Assembly: GCA_013239625.1 (NCBI GenBank)
Contig: MU054541.1
Span: 16,776,567 to 16,840,566 of the forward strand
DNA length: 64,000 bases
From: Lama guanicoe
Taxonomy: Eukaryota
Direction of reading: 5' to 3'
The notes below the pieces were generated by a model that did no database searches, was not told the DNA's origin, and saw only the letters and a list, made by a program, of their open reading frames with translations. The translations under genes and the position numbers were made by a program. Every line of letters begins with the position of its first letter. Positions within the stretch are counted from its first letter, which is position 1. Below, one piece after another: positions 48,503 through 61,295 of this stretch.

Positions 48503-48630
48503 GAGCTAATTTTGTTACTCGAAAAATTAGCCGGTCCGTGGCTAAGATCCACCTTGGACAACTGGAAAGTTTCAGTTTGGGAAATCTGGACGCCAAACGA
48601 GACTGGGGCCACGCCAAGGACTACGTGGAG
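48503..48630 (+). CDS. GMDS: GDP-mannose 4,6-dehydratase, internal coding exon (human exon 7 equivalent, 128 nt, phase 1 to 0)
   Basis: Acceptor tcttctgtctctttttAG|GA, donor GAG|GTagga. Translates (G)[42 protein letters not shown], containing the FVTRKI and [16 protein letters not shown] motifs. Not in the ORF track; read directly from the sequence. Confidence 0.98.
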
Positions 48631-51600
48631 GTAGGAACTGACTCACTATGTTGGTAAAAATACCTGGATCAGCCGGTGCTTAAACGGCAGGCCTGTGTGC
48701 AGAGGCTGGACCCGAGGTGGCGGTGGGTCTGGCTGTGCTGGTGCCGCTGTGATGAAGCCCAGACCGCTGTCCCTCCCGGCTCGGGGGCTCCACGGCGCCC
48801 TCGGCCATGCCGCGGCTGCTGGAGGGGAAGCTTTCGCGGAGGCTCTTGTCGTGGTTAAACGAAGGTGTGCCGGTCACGGTCTGGAGGACGGATAAGACCG
48901 TGTTTGGATGGTGTTCTTTCCTTCCTGAAGCGTCTTCCTCTCCCCTGCCCTTGCGCCCCCACCCCGTCTCTGCCCACGGCACATGTGACTGCCCAGGAAG
49001 GGCCGCGGTGTGCCAGCACTCGTTCCCAGGTCTGCAGGAGGCCGGCCTCTCTCCGCGTGTGCCATCTGACACCCTCAGGTGGACACGTGTCTGCCGACTC
49101 GCCCCCACAGCCCTGGTCTCAGGCGGCGTCCCTGCTGCTCCAGGCGGGTTGTCACCCTGCGCGCGCGTCCACGCGCGGCTTCGCACCAGCAAGTTCTGTC
49201 CATTAAAGAAAGAGTGTGGAGACGTGCTGGCAGGGACGCTGCTGCAGACCAGGGACACGGCTACGGGAGGCCCAGGTTCTCACTCCCGGGATTTATACGC
49301 ACGCTAAGTTGTGGTTGAGGTTACGTATGTTACATACACAAGTCATGCGATTTTTCTTTAAACAGATCGTTATGTTTTACTTTGCATGGATTAGTAAGCT
49401 TTCCACGGCCTGTGGTGGCTCTGTGGCCGGCTGGACGTGCAGGGCACGCCGGTGACCCTGTGTGTGTCCCTGGAGTCCGCTTGGCCGTCGAGGGGCGCAC
49501 AGGCTTCCTGTGCTCAGGAGACCGTTTCTGTCCTTGACCACGCCTTTCGGGGAAACCAGACCTAATTTCCTTGCTCATTGAGGAGATTCACAGAGAAGCG
49601 TGAACGTTTGTGAAGGAAGCAAACAGAGCAGCTCTCCTGCTGGCGGCTGCGTTGGCCTCGCAGCATTTCCACATTGGTTTATGACAGTTGACTGTGTTGC
49701 GTGATTCATGCTATGGACCAAAAAAGGCCCGATTTTAAATTTTAAACAACAAAACATTTAGGTCATTTGCACGTGCTCTTCTGGCTGTGGGTGCAAAGAG
49801 GCGTCTTCTGATAGGAGTCCTTAGATGTATTGTGAGGACGTTACACTTAAAAACGTAAGGCTACGCTTTCAGAAGTTAAAGCGGGAGAAAGGCGATGTCA
49901 GCGAGAGAAGCCGAAACTATGTGGCTTTGAGCCTGTTCACAGCCTGAGACACGTTATGTAAAAAGTTGCGTGTTATTTTTTAACGACACCGTTTCGGCTT
50001 GTAGCCTTCTGACCACCTGCATGTCCTTGGAGCTGCGTCGGGCTGTGTGGGTGTCCCCCTTTATCCACGGTCTTGTTCTCCAGATTCAGGAACCAAACAG
50101 ACCAAATTTCAGTCTGTTTCTTTTACATTTTCGCACTGGGGCACAGAAGAAGTTTGTATTGGGAGAAATAGATTTTGAAGGTGAGAGAAACAATACGTCG
50201 AAATGTCAATGATCCCTACTTTTGCTTGTGTTAATTTTCTTCTTTACACTTCTGTGCTTTCCATATATTTGAAATGAGTGTGTGTAAGCCTTTTCAAGCA
50301 GGGAAAAAGATAAATGCTATTTTGAAAGCAGGCCCCCTCCCAATTCCAACAAGTCTGCATGCGACTGCTACATGGATGCGTAAGCAGTGAGGTCTTCCGT
50401 GAGCTCCGTGGGTCTGAGGGTCCCAGATTCACCTCACCTGCCGCCCGGCGGTCACGCCCAGCAGCACCGCGTTTGAGTAAAGCCGATGGTCGCAGTTCGG
50501 GTCACGAGGTTGCCTGTGGTTCCGCCCTGATAAACTAGCCAGAGACACTGAGAGGTGAGCTGGGGTCAGGGCGGGGTCACAAGTACCCGTAAGCTTTTCC
50601 TCTCACAGGACGGCCCTTTGCTCTTGGGACAGGCAGGTCATGAAGTGACCCGAGTCTGAACTTCTCCCAGGACGCGGCAGAAAACCATTTGAAAGACACC
50701 ACGGGTCCTGCTGCCCGGCCTGGACAGGGCAGGCCCCCGGCCCAGGGGCCCTCCCGGGATGCCAGCTTGCGAGGGAGCGCCCCGAGACACAGCTGTGCTT
50801 TAATACAGCCCTTCAGCCTTTTCTCTGTTTTTACTTAATTTTTCCTTTTTATCTGGGGGGTGGGTGTCAGGGAGCACAGATCAGTAGCAAGAAGCTACTT
50901 TTAGAAATAAAAATAAGAGTAATTGCCGAATGTTCGGCTCGGTGCACGCCGGGACCTCCCCAGGGACGTCACGTACGTTGTCCTATAGGATACGCGCCTC
51001 CTGCTGGGAGGTGCAGTCCGTTCTCCCGTGCCAGGTGCACGCGACAGGTGCAGGGGCTGAGGGGCAGGTGGGGGCCCCGCCTGCTCAGAGCCACGGCCGC
51101 CGAGGTGGGGGCAGCCCTTCCCCAGCCGCGCGCGGACCCCTGATCAGGCCGGGTGAGGGAGCAGTGGGACCGGGGAGCTTCTCGTTTCCCAGAGAGACAG
51201 AAAGTTACCTTCTCTCCGCTTCCCCTTCCTGCCACTTGTCGTCCATGGGGCAGAGAAATGTCTGGGAGCTTGCAGTGGCGGGCAGCTGTCAGACCTCGGG
51301 CCCGCTTCCCCGCTGTGTGCGGCCCCCGTGCAGAGGGTGTGCTTGGGGACGACGAGTAGGGGGTGCTCTTCTGGTTCCTCGGCTTCTGAGTGAGTCCACC
51401 TTCACGGCAGCTTCGGTCTCAGCCACGGCAGAGGTCTGGGGCGAGCTGGGGGCCTCCGAGGGGCAGTGGGCAGAGCTGGGGAGAGAAGGCCGCGGTGTCC
51501 CCGGCCTGCTCCCTCGTCTCCCAGTCTGCGCCGGCGTTCTGCCTCCTGCCTCAGTCCACCCAGCTCTGGAGGGAGAGGCCATCTCTCCCCCCTGAGGTGT

Positions 51601-54600
51601 GTTGCAACGTCATCGGCAAACTGCTGTTTTTCCTCCTCACGCTTGGAGCGCGGCTTCATTCCCTGCTGTGTTCGAGTTCTCCAAAGGGCTGGTGGTCCCC
51701 GAGTCTGCTCCCCAGTAAGGCCTCACCTCACAGATACGCAGGACGTCGGAGCTGCCCTACCTCCTTGGCCGGGTCTGACGCGGGGGGGGGACCCCCAGGG
51801 ACCGCCCTGCCCCATAGCCCTGGGGACATGGTTGTGCTGACAAGTGAAGCCCCCACCCCCGTTCTCCTGGGATGATCATTCCACAGTTTCCATCCCTAGA
51901 TGGGTTAGGGGCATGGGGTGGGCACAGCACGAACGCAGGTTCTCAGCTGTGTTTTAAAAGGTAAAATTGAGGATCTGACGTTAAATTGGAAAAGTGACTC
52001 TTAGCAAATGTAAGTGTGTGTGTGGGTGGAGGGGGGAGGAAGAAAGTGCATGTGGAGTGGAGTGCCGCCTGCGTGGACGCCGCCACGCCCGTGGGCGGCA
52101 GTTACCTGTGTTGAGCGGAAGCCTGTGCTCACCCACCTCGCTCCGCGGGTGCTGCTGTGATGATGGCCACGCCCCAGGGTCATGAAATGACCACCTGTCC
52201 CCTCCAAAGTCACGGGTCTGCCCCTGAAGCTGAAAGTCCTGGGGAAACGGTGGGAAAAGCTTGGGGTGACTCCTTCCCTCACGTCGAAGGTGTCCCCGGA
52301 GGGCCCCGGGCCTCGCCTCCCACAGCGGGGCCGCCCGGCCAGGCCTCGCCCTGTCTCTGCCTCCTCGCCGGGGCGGCTCCTTCCTCTCCCTGTGTCCCTG
52401 TCCTCCCGTCCGCTCCCCACCCCTAACCCGTCTCCCACTTCCTGTCTGATCCCGCCCACGAGCGAACACCAGCTCTTTAACTTTAATAGCAAGACTGTTG
52501 ATGTGATCGAGGTTAATTGCCCTCGTAAAGCATGACATCATCTAGATTCAGGGATGATTTTGCAGGAGACGGCGATGCTCTGACTCTTGCTCAGAGCGGA
52601 CACTGTGCAGGACTAGAATGATTGACACTTTGACTTGCTAGTTAAAGAGCTTCCACATGGGTCATTGACTCTGTCCCACGCTCTTCATGCCTTGTTGTAG
52701 CCGAGGAGTATGCAAAAGCCACCATCCTCTTGGGACCCAATTTCCGCAGGGTTTTCCCAGGTAGCCGTTAGAGCGGCTCCAGGTGCGGGGGCTGAGCCAT
52801 GCGCACGCGCTCAGTGTGCCCCGATGCATGGGCTGGGACGGCTGAGTGACGGCCCCTTTCATCTTAGCAGAGGGGGCGGAGACCTGGCCTTCCACCGAGC
52901 CCAGGCAGTCACAAGTGGAGTGTTGCAGAGTCAGAATTACCTAAAGGCGAAATTGAGAAGCCATTTGTGACTCTGCCTGAGCACCGTTGACTTCGGGCTC
53001 ACGTAAGAACGGTCAGCGAAGCTCCTGAGGGGACGGGTGCAGCTCCTCCAGCCTCGCGGCCGCAGCTGCCGTACAGTCGCATGAAATGTTGGCGACCACT
53101 TCTGCTGTGTTTTCTCATGTTCTAAAGAAAGTGGCTGCACTTGAATCATTCCTGCTGGCTGCTTCTGCAGAAGCTAGGACCTGAGACGTCTGAGAACGAA
53201 GCCCCTCCTCTGCGCGCGCAGTGGGCGCTGGCGCCGCGCCTGTGTCACGCGGCAGCCGGAGGGCGCGGACTGGCTTTTGTTCCCTTGCTTGTGCGTGTGC
53301 CCCGGCCCGCCTGGCACAGGACACGCGCCCGGCACGCTTGAAATGAGTGGCCTCTCCCTGTCGCATCGTTTCTTTATAAAAATTCATGAAATTAATTCAT
53401 AAAAAGCTTGAAATGTGTTTCATTCCTCTTACTATTAAAGTACTGTTTCCTGTACTTAGCATAAGACGTTTTCCACTGAGTATGATCTCACAGCGTTTAG
53501 GGTTGAGTTGTGATGGATTTACTCGGTTCCAACAAAACGGTTTCGGGCGGTTTTCTGTCTCGTTGCGCGCTGACCGTGAAGGGACGCGGCCTCGCGCTCG
53601 CGCTCGCACGTCCGTGTGCTGCGGGGAGTTCCCCGTTGCCTCTAGCGTCTGCTGGTGTTGGACCTCACTCCTCCCTTAGAAGAAGGTCATCTGGGCAGAC
53701 GGGAAGGGTAGAAAGAATGATACGCTGGCCCTGACGTACCCGACAAAACGTGCAGACCACACAGGCAGCGTCCGTTCACAAGGTCGGGTGCCCTGCGGTG
53801 CGGCTGGTGACACTGAGCCTGCTCGTCAGAAACCTCTGCTCGTGGGACCCGCGCGCTGTTCCCTCTCAGTTTTCTGGATGTTGTTTGGTGCAGGGTTCTT
53901 CTCAGTGGAGCAAGATTCCTGTCATGGATCCTGTGGTTTTGGGGAACTTTGACTCTCCTTTCCTTCCCGTCCCTCTGGCCCTCAGACACACACGGGCTAG
54001 GAGCTGCTCACCTTCTAATGATACGTCCTTGTTTTTAAATACATGTAAAAGTCGCCGTGAAGATTCGTGCGCGGAGTGTCCGGTGGTGGCTCTGGGGAGC
54101 CCTGCAGCATCTCAGGCTCCGCGTGTGTGTGACTCCCTTTCCTCGCCCGCTCAGAGCCCGGATGCCCCCGACTCCTGCGCAGCCACGTGAGGCTGCCTGG
54201 GGCTGGCGGTGTGGGGGCCTGGGCGGGGTCTGGGAGGCAGGCTGCATTCGTGGCAGGTGACGTGGCGTCGCCTCGTCCGTCCTGTGGCCGCGTCCCGCCA
54301 TCTGCGTGCTCACCCCAGGTGTGGCGGCTGCGCCTCTGTCCTGCTTGCCAGTGCAGAGCAGAGATCAGAATCCAGGCTTCAGGGTCTCATGTGTGTTTTC
54401 TTAGAGTGTGTCCTTTGGGTCAAGAATGACTTGCTGATTCTCACTGGATCTCAAATTTCAAGTTCGAAAACAAAACGCAAAGTGCTTTCCCTAGACGTTT
54501 CCAACCCCGAAGGGCATCCTCTCGTGTCTGCAGACGGCTTTATCTTCTACGCCTTTGGATTTGATTCTCCCCGCAGACCTCGGGCCAGGCTTAGAAGGGC

Positions 54601-55947
54601 AGGAATAGCTGTTTGCATTTTTCGTAGGAAAAGGCCGACTTTGGAAGGAGCGGCCCCGGGCTGCGGTCCTGGCCCAGGGCAGCCCGGGCCGTGTTCGGGT
54701 GGGTCCCCGTGCGGCGGGGCTCAGGCGTGAGGCTCGGGCCGCACGAGCCTGAGACACCGGAAGAGACCGAAGTGCAAAGCCAGCCCCGGGGCCCGAGCGC
54801 GCGACCCCCACCGCGGTGAGTGCTGCTTGAATGGGTGTGCGCCTTGTCATTTGGAGGAGGGACCGACTCTGTACAGGAAATACAGGTTTAACAGAATTCA
54901 TTTCACGGGATCCTTGTCTGCAGAAAACCTGAAGTTAGAAGTTGGGAGAAAGGGCAGAGGCGGCTGAAGGCCCACCGCCTCGTGTCCCTGGCGACTGAGA
55001 GCCTCACTGTGGTTAAATATCTGCCAGAGGCTTTGGGAAACCGAGGCGTCGTCCACCGGCCGGGCCAAATGAGTCATCTATTAAAATTACCCCTAATGAG
55101 TTACCGGCTTGCGTGCTTAATTGCGCGTGCTGTGGCTCTGGGGCGGCCGGAGGCTTGTGGGCCCAGGGAAGCTGCAGTGGCTCCTCTCACGGCTCCGTGG
55201 GGCCTTTTCCGGCTCCACGCACGCAGCCCCTGCCCTCCCCGTCTTTCTGTCCTCCCCTCCTTCCTCCCCCCACCCCCGGTGGTGGGGGGCAGTGTCAGAA
55301 CGCTCTCCTGCCGGGGTTACCTGCGTCTGGAGCGTGGACCCCCTGGCTTTGTGCCCTGAAGGCTCCTCACAGCCAGTGAGCCTCGGAGGGTCTGGGCCCC
55401 CTCATGTGACCACACCGGGCACGTGTGAACCGAGTTCTGGAGCCAAGAGGGGGCCACTGGGTCTCCCCCACTTTCTGCAGGAGCAAAAACGTCGTGACCA
55501 TGAAGAGCTGCCTTCTGTGGAAACCGTGACAGTCACGGGAGCTTGTGTTCCCCCAGTAAGGCGGGTTTGCGCCAGCACGGGTACTGAGATCTCTGGGCGC
55601 AGCTCACGTCCCACCTTGTAGCTGACGGGGAGGCGGCCGGGCTGTGTGTCTGAGGAACTGGGAAGTTGTCTCCCAGGGCGGCCCTCAAACTGCTCTGAGT
55701 GTCAGTTGTTGTGTTAAAACAAAGACCTTTTTATGAACCTGAAATACCGTTAATTAAAATATACTTTCAGCCTTCATTTCCAAGTTTAAGACCTTGCGGA
55801 GTCCTGAGATCTATAAACTGCTTGACGCTTACTTTCACGAGAGTCTAGTGAGAGAGATGCTGTTAGCCTTTCTCCACCTCCCAGAGGCAGAAAATAGGAC
55901 TTGGAGAGAGAAGGTAGCTCAGCGTGTCTCAAACCAGACCGCCCAAC

Positions 55948-56072
55948 CCATGCCGCCCCGTGCCACCCCATGTCACTTGCCCCATGCTGCCCACCCCATG
56001 TCACTCTCCCCGTGCCGCCCGCCCCATGCCGCCCCATACCGCCCCGAGCCGCCCCATGCCGCCCCATGCCGC
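55948..56072. repeat. Imperfect 10-bp minisatellite (CCCCATGCCG)n
   Basis: cccatgccgccccgtgccaccccatgtca...ccccatgccgccccataccgccccgagccgccccatgccgccccatgccgc. Confidence 0.9.
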
Positions 56073-57101
56073 GTCGATGTCAGCCCTTCACTGGGAGCTG
56101 CCCTGTGCCCGGCACCGGGATGCGCTCTCTGCCTCCGCTGGCCACAGCTGCCTCCATGAAAACCTTCTTGAAGTCAGTGGCATCTCCACTGCAGGATCAA
56201 GGCTGGTGACTGGAGTGTGACGCTCGAGGTCCCTCCCGGGGCCCCGTCCCTCTCCCGCCATGACCGAGCCCCTGTACCCCCTCCACGTGAGGGCTGTGCC
56301 TGCCCCTATCGGGTCTGCAGGCTGATCCCAGCCTGGCCCCAGTCAAGTCTTCAGGGGCCGCCCTCCTACCTCAGCTGCTTCCCCGCGCCGTCCCTCGCTC
56401 TTTGTTCACACCTCCAGTCCCTGCCGGAGCCTGGACCCGGGCTGGCCAGGCAGCTTCTCGCAGGCACACACCTCTCCACGTCTGGCCCCCGGCTGTAGCC
56501 CCAGCGCCCCAGGGCGCCTCAGACGGGAGAGTGGAGGGACCTCAAGCCAGAGCAGCTTTGCCGATCCACGTGATTTAAAAACAGCAGTGCCTGTGGGCAT
56601 CCCAGCCCCTTCCTCTGGTGGATGGAGCGGTTCATCATTCAGAGATGTTCAGAGTCTGAGCGTAACTCCAGCCCCACGGTCTTTTCGCCGAAGCAGATCA
56701 CGTGACCATCGGCCGTGCTGCCTGGTCCTCAGGGGGTGTGTCACTGCATGCCTCACCTGTCAGTTAGGAATCAGGCTCAGGTATGAGTGGCAGAAGACCT
56801 GCTGGGGTTCCTGTCTCCCTAGGCCGGCTCTCTGACGGGTCCCTGTCCTGTGACCCCAGGACGGTGGTGGCCCCAGCCACCCTGCACAAGAACTGTCCTC
56901 CCCGTGGCCTGGCCCGGGTCCCACGGCTCCTCTCCTCTGGGAGGGGCTCGTGGGGCCAGGTTTTGATTCTGCGGACTATCTGGTTGAAGGAGATGAGAAG
57001 GGGTGCTGCTGTGGAGGCACCTGCCTCTGTCCACCTCCATGTCCACGTGTGTTTGTGGGAGGTGTGGCTCCATCCACGCAGCCGGGACCAGTGCTGCCCC
57101 A

Positions 57102-57218
57102 CCCCCCGGGCCCGTGTCCTCTGCCCTCTGCCTTCCCCCCTAGACCCATGTCGTGGGCCATCCCACCCCTAGACCTGTGCTGTCCCCGCCCCCTGGACCC
57201 GTGTCCCCTGCTGTCCCA
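57102..57218. repeat. Degenerate ~25-35-bp repeat, four copies of the core CCCCTRGACCYRTG
   Basis: ccccgggcccgtgtc / cccctagacccatgtc / cccctagacctgtgc / cccctggacccgtgtc. Confidence 0.65.
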
Positions 57219-58041
57219 CAGGGGCTTCCTGTGCTTGTGAACGACCGAGTTAAAGTGGACGTGCTGGCAGCACAGCCTGGATTCGTACCTGGACTGATGG
57301 GTTCCTTGTTCAAGTGTCTGCGACGCCTCACAGGTGCCGCGTCCACACGGGCACGAGCGACTGTTCCCTGCGACTCTGTGGCGCTGCCCAGTTCAGGGTT
57401 GCTGGTCACCCTCCCCATCGAGCAGGCCATTCAGGTCTGCGGTGCAGAGCGGGGTGTCACTCTGACTCCCGCTCTCCCCCCACGCCGCGGCTGGCGTCGG
57501 TGGGAACGGAGCGCGCAGCTCTGCTTGTCTAGTTTACATGAGTCTCCCTGTTAGCTTTCCATTTCACCGTATCTGCATTTTTGTGTTTGACCTATTACCG
57601 CTTTCTTAGTTTTATAAAGAAAAAAAGTGCATCCTCAGCAGAACCACCTGGCTCTGTTTCCTGTCCCTCGGCAGCTGGATGTGTGCTCTGGCGAGGCCGC
57701 CCTGCGGTTCTCTGAGCGCTGCTGTTACACTGGTGGTCTCGGAACTCAACTAGAGTGATGGAAAAGTTACACTGTGGGCTTCTTTCAAGTCTAAAGTTTC
57801 CAAGGTGAAAAAAAATGCATATTATTGTCATTTTTGACATAGCACTGTTTTTTTTTCTGTAACTGAAATATAGTCCTTTAAAAAGAATTACACCATTCTG
57901 TTCTTTGAGGAGGAAAACTTCTAAAATTTCTTTTAGGTAGGGGGCTACCAAATTTGCCTGCCAGCCAGCTGAGGCCGCTGTGAATGTAACTGACCTGTTT
58001 TACAAATTTTCTTAAATTAGGATCAGTTAGCAATAACTAGG

Positions 58042-58540
58042 TTTTTAATTGAGGTGCAGTTTGCATATTCGTTTGTGTACCTCGTAATGATTCGATATTT
58101 GTATATATTGGGAAATGATCACCACAGTAAGTCTAGGTAACATCTGTCACCTTAGTTACACGTTTTTTGTTTGTTTTTTGTGATGAGAACTTTTAAGATC
58201 AGCTCTCTTGACAGCTTTCAAGTATGCAACACGATGCTGTCAGCTGTGGCCACCTTGTGTGCTTTAACCCCCACGACTTGTTTACCTTATCGCTGGAGGC
58301 TTGTGCCTTTTGACCGCTTCCTTGGCCCCACCACCCCCACGTCGGCACCCGCCAGCCTGTTCTCTGTATCCTATCCGTGAGCTCCGTTCTGTTTGTTGTA
58401 TTTTTTGGATTCCACGTAGGAGTAAGGTCAAGCAGTATGTGTCTTTCTCTGTCTGACGTATGCACCCAGCATAATGCCCTCAGGGTCCATCCATGTTGTT
58501 GCAAACGGCAAGATTCCCTTTTCAGGGCTGAATAATATTC
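58042..58540 (-). mobile_element. L1 3' end (L1MA9/L1_Carn7-like), antisense to GMDS
   Basis: taatgattcgatatttgtatatattgggaaatgatcaccacagtaagtctag...gtgatgagaacttttaagatc...gcataatgccctcagggtccatccatgttgttgcaaacggcaagatt...ggctgaataatattcc. Confidence 0.92.
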
Positions 58541-59787
58541 CTTTTAAAATTCATGTATAAACTAAAATATATATAAACTAACCAATTTTTTAAAGGATCA
58601 TATAACAACAATAAAGGATCAAATTAGCAATAAATAATAACCATAAGCAACTTTTACTACTGAAGGAGTCTCTATACTCAGTTCCTACTTCATGTGACAG
58701 GTGGTGAGGGAAAGCTGCTCCTGAAAGGTGGTTTGTGACGCTGCCCTGGCCTGTCGGTGCCCTCAGAGCTCAGCTGGTGCTGACCGTTTCCACAGAGGTG
58801 TGTGTGCATGGTGGTGAAATTCGGTATTTTTATGTTGTAACGTTCCTATGCTTTGAAAATTGTCTGAGCAAATGTGCACTTATTTTTCGTTTTCTGAAAG
58901 GCTGCTTTTAAATCTAACATCATTGTTTTTAGAAACAAATCAAGGCGTTTTTTACAGTCAAAGGTCTTGTTCGTTGTTCCCCGCCCCTCCGCCGCGTGCA
59001 CCTCACCTGGCGGCTCAGACACACGAGCCCTGGTGGGAGGAAGACCCTCGTGGCATCTTCTTTGTAGGGGCCGTGGTTAAAAGGCACTACTTCTCACCAG
59101 TTTTACCACATAGGATACATGTAATGTGCTTACGGTAAGCCCAACAAGAGGAGGGACTCAAATTGAAGTTAGAGCCCCCTCCACAAGGCTTTAATTAAGC
59201 CACTTCTTTTTGGTGATTAGGAATGAAAACCTCTAAAATAATAGGACTGTGAAATCTCTGCTTCTCCCCCCACGTTCAGCAAACGGAACCTCAGACTTGC
59301 GAGCTCAGGGGAGGGTCTGGAGATGATGCAGGGCTCTCTGCCCCAGGGGGTCCGTCCTTTGTGGCGTTTCCCCCACAGGCGTCGCTGAGCCTGAATGCGG
59401 CGGGAAGGCGGGCAGAGTTCAGGGACCGCTCCTTTTTCATTTCAAGAAGAGGAGAAAAAGTTAAAAATTGAGGCCAGTAAAAGTTAATGAGGAACACTTA
59501 AATCCTTTAATGGATGACTTTCTGTTGCAAGTCAGGATGGTCAAAGCTGTTACGTGCGCGTGGCAGCGTCCTCGCGCTGTGGTGACTCCTCTCCCTTGAG
59601 AAGGAGCCGAGCTTGGATACTTGGACAAGCTCAACTGTTTTTTTAAGTGGGGGGAAAGAACAGGCACAAGGAATTAAAACAAAGATTTGGGTTTGGGGTT
59701 TTGGGTTTTTTCTTTTTGCCATTTTCCCCTTAGTTGACAGGGTACTGAATAAAGCGGTTATCAGCAGAGTGACCGTTTCTAACTGTC

Positions 59788-59919
59788 NNNNNNNNNNNNN
59801 NNNNNNNNNNNNNNNNNNNNNNNNNNNNNNNNNNNNNNNNNNNNNNNNNNNNNNNNNNNNNNNNNNNNNNNNNNNNNNNNNNNNNNNNNNNNNNNNNNNN
59901 NNNNNNNNNNNNNNNNNNN
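59788..59919. other. Assembly gap (132 N)
   Basis: N-run with non-repetitive-looking flanks. Confidence 0.99.
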
Positions 59920-60974
59920 CATCCAGTGTTAATGGTCCAAGATAGAGCAGCTGCACTTTCTGCCTGGCCTTCTTGGGGGGACGTTCGCATGCCCCTGGAG
60001 ACAGCTTCCCTAGCTCTGGTTACTCGGCTCTGTGTGGAGAGAGCGCTCATTACTTCTAGGAACGTTCCCCTTGGACGGCCCTGTCTGTTTCCCAGGTCAA
60101 ATAGATGGTGTGCACCGCTGTTTTCTTTGCATCAGAAATGAGCCAGACCCTCACTCCATCCCCGACTGCAGGGATCCTGCCCTGGACCGCCTTGAAAGAG
60201 GTCCTCCCATCACTGGGATGAGTAAGGAAGCCCGACCGTCCCCACACGGGGACCGCCGCAGCGTCGAGCATGCTGTGGAATGAGCCTAGGCGGTGCTAAT
60301 GCAGTGAGCTTTTGGGGTAAAAGTAATCAGTCGCGTCGCCCTTTCTCTGGAGCGATCAGTGGTCTTTCTTGAAAGCGCAGCACCGCTTTTCCTACAGCAG
60401 CTTTCTAAGGCCGACACCCAGGGCGTTTGGCGCACACTTCCACCATGCTTCCTAGAGGGCACTACGCCCCTCAGCTGTTTTTATTAAAGTAAAACCTGTG
60501 CTGGTGGCACGTGTCCCTGAATGGAGGCTGGCGTCTTGTGTGTCTGCCTGCTGCTTTCTCGGCCCGTGCGGCCGTACGCGGGGCGGGGAGAGTCCCTCCG
60601 CTCTGGGCTGGGTCCCTGGCCTGCACCCCTGCCTCCAGCTGTGCGCTTGGGACAGATCACCCACCACCTGAACTGGGCCTGCTCGCTTGAGTGAGGGGCT
60701 GGAGTCAGACGTCCTGTAAGGTCCGTAACCTGAGAGCTTGAGTCCAGCTTGGTGAACACTTTGTCCGTGAAAGTCTAATTACCGTCCAGTGTGAACTCGT
60801 ATTGTTTTTAATGATGCAGAGTATGCCTTCGCGCTTGGCCGTTGTGAGATCCCAAAGTGAAACAATGCACACAGACCCAAATCGTCCTTTTTCCCTCAAT
60901 TTTTGTCAGTTGTTCTAGAATAATGTGAGCGAACATTGATTTCTTTTTCCGCCAGGATAACAGATGCTACAGAA

Positions 60975-61295
60975 CATGACTACCCCATAGAAATACTAAT
61001 TCAAGCTACACACACGCAAGGCATTAAACTTTTGTGAGTTAAAATTTTCTTGTAGCCACATTTGAAAAAGTAGAAAGGAATGGGTGAAATTAATCTTGAT
61101 GTTTTATTTAACCCATTATACCCACAATACCATTGAACGTGTCAAAAATACAAAATGTCATCAAGACACCTCCTAGGCCTTCTCGTTCCCCGGGCGACGT
61201 CGTCACAGCCTGACGTGTGTTTTACACGCTGCAGCGCGTCTCCGCGCAGTCACACTCACGCCGGCCCCACGGCAGTGAGCGCTGCGCCGGCAGCC
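60975..61295. mobile_element. MER33-like hAT-Charlie element
   Basis: catagaaata...aaattttcttgtagccacatttgaaaaagtagaaaggaatgggtgaaattaat...ttttatttaaccca...gtgtgttttacacgctgcagcgcgtctc. Confidence 0.82.

Noticed and set aside
55786-56220. ORFs with repeated PHAAP / GRHGAA peptides
   Set aside because: Translations of the 10-bp CCCCATGCCG minisatellite.
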